Assembly (NCBI GenBank): GCA_009914755.4
Contig: CP086569.2
Span: 23,744,001 to 23,808,000, forward strand
Length of the DNA: 64,000 bases
DNA from: the human T2T-CHM13v2.0 reference genome, Homo sapiens
Direction of reading: 5' to 3'
Every line of letters starts with the position of its first letter. Within the stretch, counting starts at the first letter, position 1. Shown here in pieces: positions 56,601 through 64,000 of the stretch. The position numbers were made by a program, and so were the translations under genes. The notes beneath the pieces are model-generated. The model searched no databases. It had not been told where the DNA came from and saw nothing but the letters and a program-made list of their open reading frames with translations.

Positions 56601-59522
56601 AAAGTAAAAGTCGTCACTATCCCACATTTACAAAGCCCACCGTTGATGTACTGAGTCTAACAAGTGAAAAGAATATAAAGATAAAATTGTGGCTCTCATA
56701 TATGGATCTGGCCACATGTGCGATTGTGACTCATTTTTGACCAAGCTCACAGACATTCCTGACATCAGCCTAAATAAGAGATGTTGGCTATCATACCTGT
56801 GCTTAAGGCAATATATAAGACTGTGATTTCATATAAGCATGTGGGCCTCAGAGTAGTTTGCAACTCTCACGCATGCTATATAAAGCCCTCAGACATTACA
56901 GAGGGTGTCATAGCATGGCCCAGCACACACGTGACATTGTGACTCATATACACACCAAGCTAACAGTTAAAGGTGTCACTCTCAAAGATGAGGAGATTGT
57001 GTCTTATCGCTGGTCCTAGTACCCAGGTGTTAAAACCTTTGCATAAATTGTTTCCCTTGTTTGCATTGTGATATATCCTGGGTTCAGAATCATAATAATG
57101 TGACTGCTCTACCTGGGCCCTGCCAAAAATGTATATTATCACAGATCTCTGAGCCTATCAGCTAGGTAATTTGTCTATTTTGCCCATGCTTTACCCTCAA
57201 GGAACATTATGACATATCTTGAAGTAACATCTGGAAGTGTGACGCTCGTCTCCTACCTGGGTCCTGACCGCAGAATGAATTGTGACATACGACGGAGTAC
57301 AAAACCTAGGTAATGCAACTCTCCTCCTTGTTCCAGAGTCAGCCAAAAGAGGTAATTACTACATATTGCTGAGCTCAGCACCTAGGTGGTGTGACTCTCC
57401 TTTTTTTCTTCAAACCTGTCTACAGTGGACATGATGCCGTAGTACTTGATACGGTACCCAGGTGATGTGACTCTTCTGACTTGGCCCTGCCTTTGAAGGA
57501 GTTTATAATGTATCCTGAGCTCAGAATCCACCTTGCTTCTGCTCACAGGTTAAATTGTGACATATAACTGGGTTCAGCTCACATGCACAAATAAAATTGT
57601 CATACCTAGAACCAGAAAGGAGAGATTTTTTGACTCCTATAGCCAGTCTTATGGCCACAAGTAAAGTACTGGGTCTCCTAATGGTATAAAGTTCACAGAG
57701 GATTATGACACTCTGGCATATTATATAAAGCCTGAGTGGTAAAAACAGTGTTATAACAGGGAACAGGAAGGAAGTATCATTGTGACTCTTGAATGCACAG
57801 CCAGCTGACCCGGTAGTCATTCTCTCACAAGAACAGGGCCTGCAAATAAGGCATTAAACCTCACAAAGAGAGCAGTCAAAAGTTAAAATTGCTCCTCTTC
57901 TATATGGGTAGTTTGGTGATGCACGATTGAGCACATCTGTGAGGCTGTGACTCCTCTGCTGGAACACATTCTTCAAGTGGAATTGGGCATCTTATACATG
58001 AAGCTTGCCCACTGTTGAGACTGTGACTCCTCTGCTTTGACCCAACTCACAGGAAGTGTTGACTCACATACAAAAATCCAGAACTTGTGTGGGACTGTGA
58101 AACTTATTTCTAAATATTTACTATCATGTGGTCAGGACATAAAAGTTAGCTGATCCCCTGAACAATTTGACGACCAAACACCTAAGTATAGATGCCTGGG
58201 TGTGCATACAAAGGGCAATTTTACATATTACAGGGATCAGCACCCATGTGATGTGAAATATTTGCCTTATCCCTGCCTATAAAAGACTTTGTGGCTTATA
58301 TCTAAGTTCATCATGTAAGTGATGTGACTGCTTTCTACTGCCTTGGCCCTGCACTTATAGTGCATTGTGACACATAACTGGATACTGCACCCAGGTGATG
58401 TGACTCTGCATTTTGGGTTCTGCCAACAGAAAGCTTTGTAACATATCACTTAATTCAGCACCTAGGTGATGTTTCTCCTTTCTTGTATCACCCTGACCGA
58501 AGGGGAGATTGTAACATTGCTAAACCCAGCACCAGGTGAGATCACTTTTATACCTTGGTTTTGCACATAGCGGCCAGTGTGACATATGTCTAAGCCAATT
58601 GCCTAGGTAAAGAGGGTCTCCTCACTTACCTAAGCCCTGCCCACATGGGGGATTTTGATATATCACTGCAACCAGCATCCAAGTGATGTGACACTCTTTC
58701 CAAGGCCCTGCTTACAAGAAAGATGACTACATCTCACTGGACCAGCACCCACCCAGGTGATGTGACCTTCCTCCTTGCTCTCTGTTTACAGGTGATATTG
58801 TGCCATATACCTGAGACCAGACAAAAGGACTAATCACGACTCTTAAATCTGGACCCAGGTCATATGCAAGATGGTTATTCCCATTCCTGGAACTTTCAAC
58901 CAGTGTTATTGTTATATATACTTTTGCCTAGCTCCTGAGTGATTTAATAATCCTGCCTAGGTGTAGCCCACAAATGAGATTTGGAAATATACCTCGGGTG
59001 ATCACCTTGGTGATTTGACTCTCCTGTCTTAACAATATCCTAAGGAAAGATTGTAACATGTCTCTGGACCCACCATCTAGTTACCTGACTCTCCTCTCCT
59101 GCCTGGACCCTGCTTCCACTGGGGATTATAGCTTTTCTAAGCACTGCATCTAAATGATATGACTCTCTTGCCTGGTCCTTTCAATGGGACACATTGTGAA
59201 ATATCTCTGGGCCTATTATTTAGGTGGTATGAGACTCCTCTTCTGTCTAGACACTGCCCACAAGGGGCATTATGCCATACATCTGGGTGTAACACCCAAG
59301 TTACAAAACTTTTCTGCAAGGAACTTGTCTACAAGAAAAATAATGGAAAATTTCTGGTTCAGCATTTAGATGACTTAGCTGTCATGCCTATTTCATTACC
59401 ACAGAGTAAATTGTGACCTATACATAGGCACAACTTACAGGTATAATGACTCTTTTATGTAGACCCCACAAATAAAAATAACTTTGACATTTCTAACTTA
59501 CTTTAGAAACACGAGTAAATTA
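44640..59522. repeat. Beta satellite array (right-hand block), same orientation as the left block, complex higher-order structure
   Basis: The same monomer family. Divergent-monomer blocks recur at about 44640-45060, 46150-46950, 47400-48200, 49330-49800, 50960-51650, 52600-53400, 53950-54600, 56290-57090 and 57560-58200. Region 45110-49880 is paralogous to 1-4800. Confidence 0.85.

Positions 59523-64000
<4,478 letters not shown>

Overview
Identification. This window is human or other great-ape heterochromatic DNA, not a gene-bearing or prokaryotic region. Two blocks of beta satellite (the ~68-bp Sau3A/BSR family) occupy about 1-10330 and about 44640-64000, both in the same orientation. The repeating unit reads roughly ...ggcattgtgacatatctctgggcccagcacccaggtgatgtgactctcctgcctgggtcctgcccacagg..., which is the reverse complement of the usual GATC-phased consensus. 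The arrays are not a simple monomer ladder. Runs of well-homogenised monomers alternate with 0.7-1 kb blocks of strongly diverged, AT-richer monomers, and multi-kb blocks recur at irregular spacing. The flanks share long paralogy: 1-4800 matches 45110-49880, and 44790-46185 matches both 59870-61400 and 1-1075.

The island. Between the two satellite blocks lies a ~34-kb island of interspersed repeats and apparently single-copy AT-rich DNA. It contains Alus, an (AC)n and a (GAAA)n microsatellite, and a full-length but ORF-disrupted L1PA element at 11497-17620. It also contains a nested retroviral complex. A heavily deleted class II (HERV-K-like, YMDD-type RT) provirus with ~0.7-kb LTRs at 27615-28318 and 39925-40545 was invaded by a HERV9/LTR12 provirus at 28503-36109, which has a 4-bp ATCC target-site duplication and LTRs of different VNTR length. 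That HERV9 copy was in turn hit by a young AluYa5-like element inside its gag NC zinc knuckle (31769-32059, long TSD). A 5'-truncated L1 3' fragment with a 15-bp TSD sits at 38846-39259. Inside the left satellite block, a MER11-like solo LTR (4800-5770, minus strand) and an Alu (9424-9768) are insertions that are absent from the paralogous satellite copies.

What I do not see. I find no credible cellular protein-coding gene, tRNA, rRNA, CRISPR array or prokaryotic feature. Every entry in the supplied ORF track is either transposon-derived (L1 ORF1/ORF2, ERV gag/pro/pol/env remnants) or a spurious reading of satellite, Alu or low-complexity sequence. The interesting biology here is structural: satellite higher-order organisation, dated insertions, and nested retroelements. 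I see no novel coding system. All coordinates are approximate to within a few bases, and family names rest on motif recognition from memory, not on a database search.
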